Both the position numbers and the translations under genes were made by a program. Below, one piece after another: positions 63,484 through 64,000 of a stretch of 64,000 nt of DNA. The stretch's first letter is position 1; every line of letters starts with the position of its first letter. The notes beneath the pieces are model-generated. The model saw only the letters and a program-made list of their open reading frames with translations, did no database searches and had not been told where the DNA came from. The stretch lies in NCBI GenBank assembly GCA_964490845.1, contig CAZBED010000002.1:214827-278826 (forward strand), read 5' to 3'. Source of the DNA: an uncultured Chitinophagales bacterium (GTDB lineage Bacteria > Bacteroidota > Bacteroidia > Chitinophagales > JADIYW01).

Positions 63484-64000
63484 ATGGCTCATATATTTCC
63501 ATACACGTTCGCACATCCGCAATACTTCTGGTTATTGCTGGCACTGCCGTTCTTAGTGTATTGGTTTTATTATAAAAGAGACTCATTTTTCCCGTCCTTC
63601 AATATACCACAGCATGGAGGTGTCCTGACTCAGTCCCCGTCTCTGAAAGTGCGGGTGATGCCTGTGTTGCCATTGCTGAAACTGCTGGCATTTGTTTTTT
63701 TAGTATTTGCACTGGCCAGACCACAAAGTTCGATGTCGGAAAAAGAAATTTCCACACAGGGAATCGATATCGTATTATCGCTGGATATATCGGGATCCAT
63801 GCTTGCGCGTGACTTTGAACCCGACCGGCTGGAAGCTGCCAAAAAAGTGGCGATGAAATTTATCAAAGACCGGCCAAATGACCGAATAGGCCTGGTGGTG
63901 TTCTCCGGAGAGAGTTTTACCCAATGTCCAATCACTATCGACCATCAGGTATTGCTGAATCTATTCAAAGATATTCGCAGCGGCATGGTGGAAGACGGTA
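63484..64000 (+). CDS. batA: BatA-like vWA-domain membrane protein, N-terminal part (continues beyond the window)
   Basis: Own translation gives MAHIFPYTFAHPQYFWLLLALPFLVYWFYYKR...LKLLAFVFLVFALARPQ...GIDIVLSLDISGSMLARDFEPDRLEAAKKVAMKFI..RPNDRIGLVVFSGESF. A MIDAS motif D-x-S-x-S is present. It sits in the position BatA occupies after MoxR, DUF58 and DUF4381. Confidence 0.8.
   Translation, partial: MAHIFPYTFAHPQYFWLLLALPFLVYWFYYKRDSFFPSFNIPQHGGVLTQSPSLKVRVMPVLPLLKLLAFVFLVFALARPQSSMSEKEISTQGIDIVLSLDISGSMLARDFEPDRLEAAKKVAMKFIKDRPNDRIGLVVFSGESFTQCPITIDHQVLLNLFKDIRSGMVEDG

Noticed and set aside
1-64000. tRNA, rRNA, tmRNA, CRISPR arrays, reverse transcriptases/DGRs, toxin-antitoxin pairs and prophage genes
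   Set aside because: I scanned the intergenic regions longer than 130 nt and the ORF translations. I found no T-arm-like GGTTCGAAT motifs, no regularly spaced direct repeats outside coding regions, and no RT, integrase, cas or phage structural signatures. The only mobile-element trace is the IS3 remnant.

Overview
This is a 64-kb chromosomal segment from a Bacteroidota bacterium. The assignment rests on T9SS C-terminal sorting domains, a contiguous gldA-gldF-gldG set, a MoxR/DUF58/BatA aerotolerance-type operon and TAnnTTTG-like promoter motifs. The class cannot be determined without a database search. I support about 48 protein-coding genes and one transposase remnant. I saw no rRNA, tRNA or CRISPR array. 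From about 17.7 kb to 64 kb the content is mostly housekeeping and cell-envelope core: GH3/beta-lactamase-fold fusion, mutL, two rhomboids, EEP nuclease/phosphatase, GT2, lysS, murB, GT4, gldAFG, NIF3 plus Zn-ribbon, lpxK, OmpA/TSP3, DUF4290-murA, gyrB, DPP-IV and the Bat operon. The accessory-looking part is 3.0-17.7 kb. It holds an orphan Cys-rich gene flanked by hairpin repeats and a DUF3127-like protein with an SSB-type C-terminal tip. It also holds a DUF4126 membrane protein next to a radical SAM/SPASM enzyme. Its largest component is a divergently transcribed island of three giant T9SS cargo genes, 6297-17653. One of these carries a 1.25-kb internal direct duplication. The other two are tandem paralogues that differ by one ~98-aa repeat unit. 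The candidates for something undescribed, none provable without searches, are four. (1) The T9SS cargo island. (2) The tightly coupled operon 25637-30285, which encodes a BatA_N/vWA membrane protein, a dihydroorotase-like protein with degenerate metal ligands, a small multi-TM protein and a GT2. (3) The radical SAM/SPASM gene with no visible substrate peptide. (4) A DUF2779-type nuclease next to an IS3 scar. All family names are from memory of family consensus sequences and need HMM confirmation. All start codons are chosen by eye.
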